Below, one piece after another: positions 38,210-46,798 of a stretch of 64,000 nt of DNA (positions are counted from its first letter, which is position 1; each line of letters begins with the position of its first letter). The position numbers and the translations under genes were made by a program. Below the pieces are notes generated by a model. The model was not told the DNA's origin, searched no databases, and was given only the letters and a program-made list of their open reading frames with translations. Origin of the DNA: Myxococcota bacterium (GTDB lineage Bacteria > Myxococcota_A > UBA9042 > PHBI01 > JAWLBL01); NCBI GenBank assembly GCA_041687695.1, contig JAWLBL010000007.1, positions 160,001 to 224,000 on the forward strand, in the 5' to 3' direction.

Positions 38210-39811
38210 ATGCCGACCCTGAAGATCGATGGCCAGGAGATCACGGTCGACCGCGGGACGACGATCCTGCAGGCCGCGATGCAACTCGGCATCGACGTCC
38301 CCACCTTCTGCTACCACCCCGGTCTCAGCATCGCGGCCAACTGCCGCATGTGCCTGGTCGAGACGAACAAGGCCCCCAAGCCGCTGCCGGCGTGCCACGC
38401 GCAGGTCATGGACGGCATGGAGGTCCAGACCCAGAGCGAGCGCATCAAGAAGGTGCGCGCCGCGGTGCTCGAGTTCATCCTGCTCAACCACCCGGTCGAC
38501 TGCCCCATCTGCGACCAGGCGGGCGAGTGCGTCCTGCAGGACCACTACTTCAAGTACTCGGCGGAGCCCAGCCGCCTGACGATGAAGAAGGTCCACAAGG
38601 CCAAGGCCAAGATCCTCGGGCCGGACGTCATCCTCGACGCCGAGCGCTGCATCCTGTGCACGCGCTGCATCCGCTTTTGCGACGAGGTCGCGAAGAACAG
38701 CCAGCTCGAGATGATGCAGCGGGGCGAGAAGACCGAGATCACGACCTTCCCCGGCAAGCAGCTCGACAACCCCTACGCGGGCAACACCGTCGACATCTGC
38801 CCGGTGGGCGCGCTGACCAGCCGCGACTTCCGCTTCAAGACGCGCGTGTGGCTCTTGCAGTCGGCCGAGAGCGTCTGCCCCGAGTGCGCGCGCGGCTGCA
38901 AGATCCGCATCGACACCTTCGAGAACGTGCCGCGGCGCTACAAGCCCGTCTACAACCCCCAGGTCAACGACTGGTGGATGTGCGACAAGGGCCGCCTGAG
39001 CTACCGCGACTACCTCGACGGCCGCATAGAGGGCCCGCTCGCCACCGTGAACGGCAAGCGCGCCCTGTCGACGGTGGCCCAGACGGTCGAGGCCGCCGCC
39101 GACGCCCTGCAGCAGGCCGGACCCAGCGGCGTGGCGGTCATCGCCAACCCGTGGTGGACCAACGAGGACGCCTTCCTGGTCGCGCAGCTGCTGACCGGCC
39201 CGCTCCGCGGCGCCAAGGTGTACCTGGGCGGCCGCGCCGAGGGCGAGGGCGACGACATCCTCATCCAGCCGGACAAGAACCCGAACACCCGCGGCGTCCG
39301 CACCATCTTCGAGGCCGCCGGCGTCCCGCTCCAGCCGCTGGCCGCCTTCACCGGCCAGGGCGTCAAGGCCGCGCTCGTCTTCGGCGACGAGCACGCGCTG
39401 ACCGAGGCGCAGCTGACGGCCCTGTCCAAGGTCCCGAACCGCCTGGTCGTCGGGCAGTTCAAGCGGCCCGTCTGGGAGCTGGCGACCGTCTTCATGCCGG
39501 GCCGCCTGCACTGGGAGAAGGCCGGCACCTTCACCAACTTCCAGGGCGTCGTGCAGCGCATGGACCAGGCGGTCAAGGCCGCCGCCACCTGCAAGAGCGA
39601 CGGCTGGTACGCGATGAAGATCGCCCAGCGCCTGGGCTCCCAGGTCGCCTTCTCCAGCCCGCTCTCCATCTTCACGGCCCTCGCCAAGGCCGTCCCCGCC
39701 TTCGCCGGCATGGACTGGGGCCGCCTCGGCGCCCACGGCGTCCTGCTCGGCCACGGCGTAGCCCCCTCCACGCCCGGTGACGCTCCGGTGTCGCCCCCGC
39801 CCGTCCCCTAG
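38210..39811 (+). CDS. nuoG: NADH-quinone oxidoreductase subunit G (short form)
   Basis: FCYH..CRMC..C, HPVDCPICDQAGEC, CILCTRC..CPVGAL, CPECARGC..CDKGR Fe-S motifs; 533 aa. Confidence 0.85.
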   Translation: MPTLKIDGQEITVDRGTTILQAAMQLGIDVPTFCYHPGLSIAANCRMCLVETNKAPKPLPACHAQVMDGMEVQTQSERIKKVRAAVLEFILLNHPVDCPICDQAGECVLQDHYFKYSAEPSRLTMKKVHKAKAKILGPDVILDAERCILCTRCIRFCDEVAKNSQLEMMQRGEKTEITTFPGKQLDNPYAGNTVDICPVGALTSRDFRFKTRVWLLQSAESVCPECARGCKIRIDTFENVPRRYKPVYNPQVNDWWMCDKGRLSYRDYLDGRIEGPLATVNGKRALSTVAQTVEAAADALQQAGPSGVAVIANPWWTNEDAFLVAQLLTGPLRGAKVYLGGRAEGEGDDILIQPDKNPNTRGVRTIFEAAGVPLQPLAAFTGQGVKAALVFGDEHALTEAQLTALSKVPNRLVVGQFKRPVWELATVFMPGRLHWEKAGTFTNFQGVVQRMDQAVKAAATCKSDGWYAMKIAQRLGSQVAFSSPLSIFTALAKAVPAFAGMDWGRLGAHGVLLGHGVAPSTPGDAPVSPPPVP

Positions 39812-39820
39812 GAGCTCTCC

Positions 39821-40918
39821 ATGAGCGCTCTCGAAGTGGCCCTGTGGTCGCTGCTCAAGTTCGCGGTCATCGTCCTCGGCTTCGTGATGATCGTCGCGAC
39901 GCTGCTGACGATGATCGAGCGTAAGCAGTCCGCCTTCATCCAGAACCGCGTCGGCCCCAACCGCGCCTTTCTGTGGGGCAAGGGCTTCGCGCCGCGCCTG
40001 AGCGCCTTCGTCGGGCAGATCATCGCCGACGCCTTGAAGGTCCTCGTCAAAGAGGACTTCGAGCCGCCGATGGCCAACAAGTGGCTGCACCGCATCGCGC
40101 CGGCGCTGGCCCTCATCCCGGCCATGCTGGTCTGGCTGGTCATCCCGTTCGGCCCCGGCCCGGTCCCGGGCGCCGAGGGGCACAACTACTTCCTCATCGC
40201 GGACCTCAACGCGGGCGTCCTGTTCATCTTCGCCATCGCCTCGCTGGGCGTGTACGGCGCCACCATCGGCGCCTGGGCCTCCAACTCGCTGTACTCGCTG
40301 CTCGGCGGCCTGCGCACCGCCGCCCAGATGATCAGCTACGAGGTCACCCTCGCCCTGAACCTCGTCGGCATCTTCATGATCTTCGGCTCCTTCCAGATCA
40401 ACGACATCATCTGGGGGCAGGGCCACCACATCGGCGGCTGGCTGCCGATGTGGGGCATCTTCGTCCAGCCGCTCGGCTTCATCCTCTTCCTCACGGCGGC
40501 CATCGCCGAGACCAAGCGCCCGCCCTTCGACCTCCCCGAGGCCGAGAGCGAGCTGGCCGCGGGCTACTTCACCGAGTTCTCGGGCATGCGCTTCGCGGTC
40601 TTCAGCCTCGGCGAGTTCATCGGCATCATCATGACGGCCGCCATCGCGGCGACGCTCTTCCTCGGCGGCTGGCAGATCCCCTGGGTCGAGACCCCGGTCG
40701 ACGCGACCGGCAACCCCGTCCTCGGCTGGATCACCGTCGCTCAGGTCGGATTCTTCCTGCTCAAGGTGCTGTTCATGGTCTGGCTGCAGAACCAGATCCG
40801 CTGGACGCTGCCGCGCTTCCGCTACGACCAGCTGATGAAGCTCGGCTGGGTCTACCTCCTGCCGCTGTCGCTCGCGAACCTGTTCATCACCGCCGCCGTC
40901 ATGTACGCGCTCGCTTAA
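39821..40918 (+). CDS. nuoH: NADH-quinone oxidoreductase subunit H
   Basis: ERK..A.IQNRVGP, AQMISYE, PFDLPEAESEL, PRFRYDQLM. Confidence 0.94.
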   Translation: MSALEVALWSLLKFAVIVLGFVMIVATLLTMIERKQSAFIQNRVGPNRAFLWGKGFAPRLSAFVGQIIADALKVLVKEDFEPPMANKWLHRIAPALALIPAMLVWLVIPFGPGPVPGAEGHNYFLIADLNAGVLFIFAIASLGVYGATIGAWASNSLYSLLGGLRTAAQMISYEVTLALNLVGIFMIFGSFQINDIIWGQGHHIGGWLPMWGIFVQPLGFILFLTAAIAETKRPPFDLPEAESELAAGYFTEFSGMRFAVFSLGEFIGIIMTAAIAATLFLGGWQIPWVETPVDATGNPVLGWITVAQVGFFLLKVLFMVWLQNQIRWTLPRFRYDQLMKLGWVYLLPLSLANLFITAAVMYALA

Positions 40919-40931
40919 CGAGGTCCCCGCC

Positions 40932-41450
40932 ATGGCAACCATCACCGTCAAGCGCCCGGACCTGAACACGGCCGAGAAGGTCTTCCTCCCCGAGGTCGCC
41001 AAGGGCGTCGCCCTGACCACCCGGCAGCTGGTCAAGAACCTCTTCGGCCGCAAGAAAGACATCGCGACGCGGCAGTACCCCGAGGTCAAGAAGCAGTACC
41101 CCGACCGCTTCCGCGGCCGCCACCGCCTCATGCGCCGCGAGGACGGCCAGGTCCGCTGCGTCGCCTGCATGCTCTGCTCGACCGCCTGCCCGGCCAACTG
41201 CATCCACATCGTCGCCGGCGACCACGACGACACGGGCATCGAGAAGTACCCGGTCTCCTTCGAGATCGATCTCCTCGTCTGCATCTACTGCGGCCTGTGC
41301 GAAGAGGCCTGCCCCTGCGACGCCATCCGCATGGACTCGGGCAAGCACCCCATGCCCTCCTTCAGCCGCGACAAGCAGCGCATCCGCAAGGTCCAGCTGC
41401 TCGACGAGGGCTCGCTCTCCATCGCCAAGCAGGGCGGCACGCACAAGTAG
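40932..41450 (+). CDS. nuoI: NADH-quinone oxidoreductase subunit I
   Basis: CVACMLCSTACP and CIYCGLCEEACP. Confidence 0.92.
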   Translation: MATITVKRPDLNTAEKVFLPEVAKGVALTTRQLVKNLFGRKKDIATRQYPEVKKQYPDRFRGRHRLMRREDGQVRCVACMLCSTACPANCIHIVAGDHDDTGIEKYPVSFEIDLLVCIYCGLCEEACPCDAIRMDSGKHPMPSFSRDKQRIRKVQLLDEGSLSIAKQGGTHK

Positions 41451-41578
41451 GGCAGGCAGCCCCGGGCCTTGCCCTGGGCCCCTCGGCACCCGAGCACTCG
41501 AGCTGCCGTGGGTGCGCTTCGTAGGCGGGCTAGACTCCCAGGGTTGGGTCGGGCTCAGGCACAGGTAGCCTCCGCTCC

Positions 41579-42461
41579 CGGCGGCCTCGAGGGTTTTCTC
41601 CCCCTTGGCCGACCTGGCGGCCGGCCAATTCCTCGCGGACGAGAAAACCCTCGACCCCGCCGTCCGCTTCGGCTGGGGGGCTGATACGCCCGGAAGGGGA
41701 CCTTCCGGGCCGCAACGCGTCCCGGTCGGCAGCCCACGCCCTTGGCGAGGCTGATAGCCCAGGGCTATCAATCGCTCGCCAGCCTGACCTTCCCGCAGCC
41801 GCCTCAGCCCACCCAGTCCCGGCCGTCCGCCCCGGGACGGAGACCCTAGCGCCGGTTCTACTTTCCGCCCCGGGACGGAGACCCGAACGTCGCTTCTACT
41901 CTCCGCCCCGGGGCGGAAACCGGAATGCCGGTTCTGCTTTCCGCTCCGCAGCGGCACCAGGGCCGGTCCGCCATCATCCCGGTACGAGAACCCGGATTCA
42001 ACTTTCCGCCCCGAACGCCGGTTCTACTCTCCGCCCCGACGGCCCTTCGGCCGGCCCGTCCGTCGTCCCGGTACGAGAATCCGGATTCTGGTTTCCGCCC
42101 CGGGGCGGAAACCCGGACGCCGGTTCTGCTCTCCGCCCCGGGACGGAAACTGGGCCGCCCCGTCGTCCCGGTACGAGAACCCAGGTTCTTTTTCCGCCCC
42201 GGGACGGTTGCTCCAGGGCAGCCCGCCATTGCGGGCCCCATGACAATCTCCGGTTATCACGTAGCCGCTGACGAACAGCGACCATCCGTGCGCCTGGCCG
42301 CTCGACGACGACCGGGACGCCCAGCGGCCCGGAAGGTCCCCTTCCGGGCCGATATCGGCCCCCCAGCCGCAGCGGGCGGCGGGGTCAAGGGCTCTCTTGT
42401 CCGCGAGGAATTGGGCCGCCCGCAGGGCGGACCAAGGGGAAGAGAGCCCTTGAGGCCGCCG
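41579..42461. repeat. Composite non-coding element: ~150-bp imperfect inverted arms (41579-41728, 42309-42461) around a palindromic repeat array; MITE/REPIN-like
   Basis: Reverse complement of the right arm aligns with the left arm throughout; internal TCCGCCCCGGG(A/G)CGG units. Confidence 0.8.
41826..42207. repeat. Array of palindromic repeats (38-bp period initially) with a second motif CCCGGTACGAGAA
   Basis: TCCG cores at 41826, 41864, 41902, 41940; perfect 24-bp palindrome 42090-42113; second motif three times. Confidence 0.8.
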
Positions 42462-42604
42462 ACCGCGTAGGCTCCCCTGCATCTGCCCACGCCCGCGGGC
42501 CTGCGCCACGCCCGCGCCTGCCCAGACCCCGCGCCTGCCCAGACCCCGCGCCTGCCACGCCCCCACCGCGCCTTCACGCCCCACCGCGCGACCGCGCCCT
42601 CGCC

Positions 42605-43018
42605 TCAACACCCCCTCGGCCACCCCTCCGGCTCGGCCGAGATCGTCACCACCAGCTCGTCGCCCTCCTGAACGAACGCCAACGGCTCCAACCGCCGCCC
42701 CACCACCGGGCCCATGAAGCACTCGCCGCTCTCGGGCAGGAACATGGCGCCGTGGCTCGAGCAGATGAGGAACTTGCCGGTGCGGTCCTTGACGCGGCCG
42801 TCGCCGATGTCGAGCGAGTAGGGGACGTGCGGGCAGCGGTTGACGTAGACGAACCACTCGCCTTCGTGCTCGACCACGAGGCCCGTCAGCGCCTGGCCGG
42901 CGCGCCGAAAGGGGAACAGGCGCGCTTGTCCCGCCGACATTCCGGCCACCGAGACACGCACCTCGGGCGTGTCCGGCAGGACCTCGTCGTCTTCCCAATC
43001 CAGCTCGTCGAAGGCCAT
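42605..43018 (-). CDS. Rieske [2Fe-2S] ferredoxin
   Basis: NRCPH and CSSHGAMF..G.C..GP. Confidence 0.88.
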   Translation of the reverse strand: MAFDELDWEDDEVLPDTPEVRVSVAGMSAGQARLFPFRRAGQALTGLVVEHEGEWFVYVNRCPHVPYSLDIGDGRVKDRTGKFLICSSHGAMFLPESGECFMGPVVGRRLEPLAFVQEGDELVVTISAEPEGWPRGC

Positions 43019-43021
43019 CGG

Positions 43022-43957
43022 CTAAAGGCGCTGCAGCTCCAGCCACTTCTCGCAGTCCATCGCCGCCTGGCAGCCCGTGCCCGCGGCGGTGATGGCCTGC
43101 CGGTAGCGGGTGTCGGCCACGTCGCCGCAGGCGTAGACGCCCTCGACGCTGGTCTCGGTCGGGCCATGGAGCTTCACGTAGCCGTGCTCGTCGAGCTCGA
43201 TCTGCCCTTCGAGGAAGCCCGTGTTCGGGACGTGGCCGATGGCGATGAAGATGCCCTCGACGTCGATGGCCTCGCGCTCGCCAGTCAGCGTGTTCTCGAG
43301 CAGGGCCCCGCTGATGGTGCGCTCGTCCTTGGACAGGTACTCGGCGATGGCCGAGTTCCACTTGATGTCGACCTTGGGGTTCTCGAGCACGCGCTCCTGC
43401 ATGATCTTCGAGGCCCGGAAGCTGTCGCGGCGGTGCACGACGGTCACCTTCGACGCGAAGCGGGTCAGGAAGTTGGCCTCCTCCATGGCGGAGTCGCCGC
43501 CGCCGACGACGATGATCTCCTTGTCCTTGAAGAAGAAGCCGTCGCAGGTCGCGCAGGTCGACAGGCCGCGGCCCTGGAAGCGCTGCTCGTTGGGCAGGTT
43601 CAGCCAGCGGGCCGAGGCGCCGGTCGCGATGATGACCGAGTGGGCCTTCAGCTCGCGACCGCCACTCCACACGGTGAAGGGCCGGCGCGAAAAATCCACG
43701 CGGTCGACGAGCTCGTACTCCTGGTGCTGGCTGCCGAACCGCTGGGCCTGCTTGCGCATGAGATCCATCAGCTCGGGCCCCATGATGCCCTCTGGGAAGC
43801 CCGGGAAGTTCTCGACCTCGGTCGTGATCGTCAGCTGGCCGCCGGGCTGCAGCCCCTCGAAGACGAGCGGCGCCAGGTTGGCGCGGGCGGTGTAGAGGGC
43901 CGCCGTCAGGCCGGCAGGGCCCGAGCCGATGATGATGACCTTGTGGACGTCCGTCAT
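43022..43957 (-). CDS. trxB: Thioredoxin-disulfide reductase
   Basis: GSGPAG, GGQL.ITTEVENFPG, CATCDG, GGGDSAMEEA, RQAITAAG. Confidence 0.95.
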   Translation of the reverse strand: MTDVHKVIIIGSGPAGLTAALYTARANLAPLVFEGLQPGGQLTITTEVENFPGFPEGIMGPELMDLMRKQAQRFGSQHQEYELVDRVDFSRRPFTVWSGGRELKAHSVIIATGASARWLNLPNEQRFQGRGLSTCATCDGFFFKDKEIIVVGGGDSAMEEANFLTRFASKVTVVHRRDSFRASKIMQERVLENPKVDIKWNSAIAEYLSKDERTISGALLENTLTGEREAIDVEGIFIAIGHVPNTGFLEGQIELDEHGYVKLHGPTETSVEGVYACGDVADTRYRQAITAAGTGCQAAMDCEKWLELQRL

Positions 43958-44061
43958 GCGCCGCTCCGAGGCTGAGGGGCCTGTCTGGCCCAAGGCGAGC
44001 CCCGTTCTATGTCAGCGCGGCGCCGGGGCGCAAGCTATAGCGGCCTCGCCGCTGCCTCGCC

Positions 44062-44535
44062 TCAGGAGGCCCGCGACTCGTGGCGTCCGGGGCCGCCCTC
44101 GAGGCGGTCCTTGAGGCCGAGGCGCCAGTGCTCGCTCATGATGCACCGGTCGTCGACCACGGCCACGCCGCGCTGGGCCAGCCTGCGCGCGACGCCGTCG
44201 TGGCGAAGGCCCGCCTGCAGCCAGACGACCCTGGGAAGCGGCTCCATCGCCAGGATGTCCGCGACATGGTCGGACAAGGCGTCGACGCGCCGGAAGACGT
44301 CCACGATGTCGACGCGCTCCGGGATTTCGGCGAGGCGCGCGTGGACGGGCTGGCCCCACAGCGTGCGTCCGACGAACAGCGGGTTGACCGCGATGACCCG
44401 GTAGCCCTGCTGGCTCAGGTAGTACGGCACGTAGCTGGCGGGACGCGTCGAGTCGGGGTGTCCCCCGAGCACCGCGATGGTGCGCGCCTGCGTCAGGATC
44501 TCGCGGAGCTCGTCGTCACGGGTGGTTGCGTGCAT
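44062..44535 (-). CDS. CoA-binding protein (YccU-like)
   Basis: TIAVLG, GYRVIAVNP, VDIVDVFRR, VWLQAG, DRC. Confidence 0.85.
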   Translation of the reverse strand: MHATTRDDELREILTQARTIAVLGGHPDSTRPASYVPYYLSQQGYRVIAVNPLFVGRTLWGQPVHARLAEIPERVDIVDVFRRVDALSDHVADILAMEPLPRVVWLQAGLRHDGVARRLAQRGVAVVDDRCIMSEHWRLGLKDRLEGGPGRHESRAS

Positions 44536-44567
44536 GGCCGTGCCTCGGTAGGTGGGGGTCGGAGCGG

Positions 44568-45815
44568 CTATCGCTTCAGGCAGGACCAGACGGTCGCCCG
44601 ATACTGCCGGATGTTGAACGGCTTACGGATGCAGGGGCGCTGCGCCCAGGCCAGGAACTCCTCGAGCTCGGGGCTGACCACGTCGGCCGTGCTGAAGACG
44701 ACGCGTTCGGCCATCTGCGGCCGCTCTTGCAGGAGCCATCGGTACAGGCCCATGCCGTCGAGCGCGCCCGGCATCCACACGTCCGTGATGATGAGGTCGA
44801 CCTCGCCCTCGCCGAGCAGCTCGATGGCCTGCTCGGCCGACGTGGCCGTCAAGATCTGCCCGAACGAGCCCAGCACCCGGCGACTCAGCATCAGGAACAG
44901 CGGAGCGTCGTCCACGACCAGGATGCGCGCGTGTCCGGGGATGGCGCGCGGCGCCTCCTCGGGGCGTCCGCGCGGGGCGATCGGCGCCTCGGCCGCCTCG
45001 GGCGCGGGCGCGGATCGCAAGCTGATGGTGAGGCACCCGCCCATGGGCGTGTTGGTGACCCGCAGCTCGCCCCCGGCGTCACCGATGATGGCGGCCGCCA
45101 CGGCCAGCCTCAGGCTCATCCAGTCCAGCCCCGGCCGCACCCGGCTCGGCTCGAAGGCCTGGTCCGACTCGGGATAGCCGGGGCCCGTGTCGCGCAGGCG
45201 GATGACGACCTCGTCGTCGTGTCGCGCGGCCTCGACGGTCAGCTCACCGCCGCCGTGCAGATCCAGCATCCTCAGCGCCGCGTCCATCAGGTCCATCAGC
45301 GCGTGCCGGAGCCGCCCGGGATCCGCCCACGCGACGAGGGCGCTCGACGGGCGCGGCATCACCAGACGCACCCGCTGTTCGCGCAGCTCGGCCTCGCGGT
45401 AGCGGCCGACCTCGACGATGAGCCGCCCGACGTCGACGGCCTGCGGGTGGACCGGCTCGACGCGCACCAGCGCCAGCAGGCTGCGCACCAACATCGCGCA
45501 GGTCTGCGAGTATTGGCGGATCTTCTCCGCGGCCGGCTGCACGTTCGGCGGCAACGGCGCGCCCTCGACGAGGATGTCGGAGTAGCCGATGACCGCCTGC
45601 AGGGTCGTGTTGAGGGCGTGAACGAGGCTCGCCGTGACGTACCCCATCGGCTCTTCGCCGCCACCGGCCGGCTCGGAAGTCGCCGGGTGGACCGCGCTCG
45701 CCGCACGGCCGCGCTCCTCCGTACGCTTGCCCGCGCCCTCCGAGGAGGCCTTGCCGCGCTCCCGGCCGCCCTCATCGCCCGGGCCGCGGCCCTTGTGCTC
45801 CCACTTGTCCGACAC
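44568..45815 (-). CDS. Hybrid histidine kinase-like / receiver protein (degenerate kinase core)
   Basis: H-box-like VHALNTTL, DTGPG; receiver LVVDD..DVWMPG..STA..KPF; start uncertain. Confidence 0.75.
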   Translation of the reverse strand: MSDKWEHKGRGPGDEGGRERGKASSEGAGKRTEERGRAASAVHPATSEPAGGGEEPMGYVTASLVHALNTTLQAVIGYSDILVEGAPLPPNVQPAAEKIRQYSQTCAMLVRSLLALVRVEPVHPQAVDVGRLIVEVGRYREAELREQRVRLVMPRPSSALVAWADPGRLRHALMDLMDAALRMLDLHGGGELTVEAARHDDEVVIRLRDTGPGYPESDQAFEPSRVRPGLDWMSLRLAVAAAIIGDAGGELRVTNTPMGGCLTISLRSAPAPEAAEAPIAPRGRPEEAPRAIPGHARILVVDDAPLFLMLSRRVLGSFGQILTATSAEQAIELLGEGEVDLIITDVWMPGALDGMGLYRWLLQERPQMAERVVFSTADVVSPELEEFLAWAQRPCIRKPFNIRQYRATVWSCLKR

Positions 45816-46126
45816 GACGCCTCCTCCGGGGCGCGTCGGCCAACGCGCCCACGCGCCGACCGCGCCCGCGACCCTGCGGCCCTACGGCGCGCGCGCCTGG
45901 CCGGATGCGGGTCATGTGGCGGGGAGCGAGGCTGGCCAGCCTCTCGTCCGAGGCTGCACTCGCTCGCCGTTCGTCTCAAGCTTCTGGCGGCAGACCTGGG
46001 GAAGCCGAGGCCCCTCGCCGGCCGCCTCGCGGCCCGGGAGCGTGGTCTCCAGCTCGTCGTCCATGTCGAACAATGTCGCGCACAGGCGTGACATTCCCCG
46101 CACTTAGGTGACTTCGACCCGGCGGC

Positions 46127-46798
46127 TCAGTCGACCAGGGGCGTCCAGAGGCGCCGCGCGACGGCCGCCGCCCGCGGCGGGTCCGTCACCAGCGGCCCAG
46201 ACAGGTGGACCGAGATGCGCTGCCCGTCGTAGGTCAGACCGCCGAAGGCGCGCGGGTGGTCGCGCATGGTCGACAGGACGGCGCCCAGGAGATCCGAGTC
46301 GAGCGCGAACGTCGCCTCCGTGTCGCTGGCATCGACCCGCAGGGTCCCGCCGACGCGCTGCTCGACCTCGTGCCGTCGGGTCACCGGGGGACCGCCCAGG
46401 GACGCGCCGTCCCTGCCCATCCCCGGCGCCTGCTGGTCCCTGGGCCACACGCGCCAGGCCATCGGGGCCTCGTGCCCGGGCGTCTGGATGATGGCGTGCA
46501 GCACGTCGCCCTGCCGGCCGAGGCGCACGACCAGCGGCTGCATCCCGTCGTGCACCAGCACGCCGTCGCCCTCGACCACGGCGCCGGGCAGCTCGGCCCA
46601 GGTGGCCACCAGCCCCCGCACCACGGCGCGCGGGCCTCGGCGGTCGTACCAGGCGCTGACCCAGACGCCGACCAGGGCCAGGGCGCCGCTGGCGATGAAC
46701 CAGGGCGCCACGTCCGGCGGCGCGCTCAGGGCCGCGAGCGCCAGCGCGCCCAGCGCGACGCCCAGGATGACCCGCTGTCGCCGCTGCGCCCCGCTCAC
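46127..46798 (-). CDS. Hypothetical membrane protein (two N-terminal TM helices)
   Basis: GTG 46798 overlaps the upstream stop (GTGA); two hydrophobic segments then a soluble domain. Confidence 0.65.
   Translation of the reverse strand: MSGAQRRQRVILGVALGALALAALSAPPDVAPWFIASGALALVGVWVSAWYDRRGPRAVVRGLVATWAELPGAVVEGDGVLVHDGMQPLVVRLGRQGDVLHAIIQTPGHEAPMAWRVWPRDQQAPGMGRDGASLGGPPVTRRHEVEQRVGGTLRVDASDTEATFALDSDLLGAVLSTMRDHPRAFGGLTYDGQRISVHLSGPLVTDPPRAAAVARRLWTPLVD

Noticed and set aside
41826..42207. CRISPR array
   Set aside because: Repeats are degenerate, linkers are homologous to each other rather than unique spacers, spacing is irregular and no cas genes are in the window
40899..42577. ORFs across the repeat element (e.g. 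41925-42470 +, 41858-42241 -)
   Set aside because: Translations mirror the DNA repeats; the 38-bp period is not a multiple of three; no SD or typical codon bias
45912..46103. Small ORF upstream of the pseudo-kinase
   Set aside because: No clear SD or motif, atypical codons; more likely regulatory DNA
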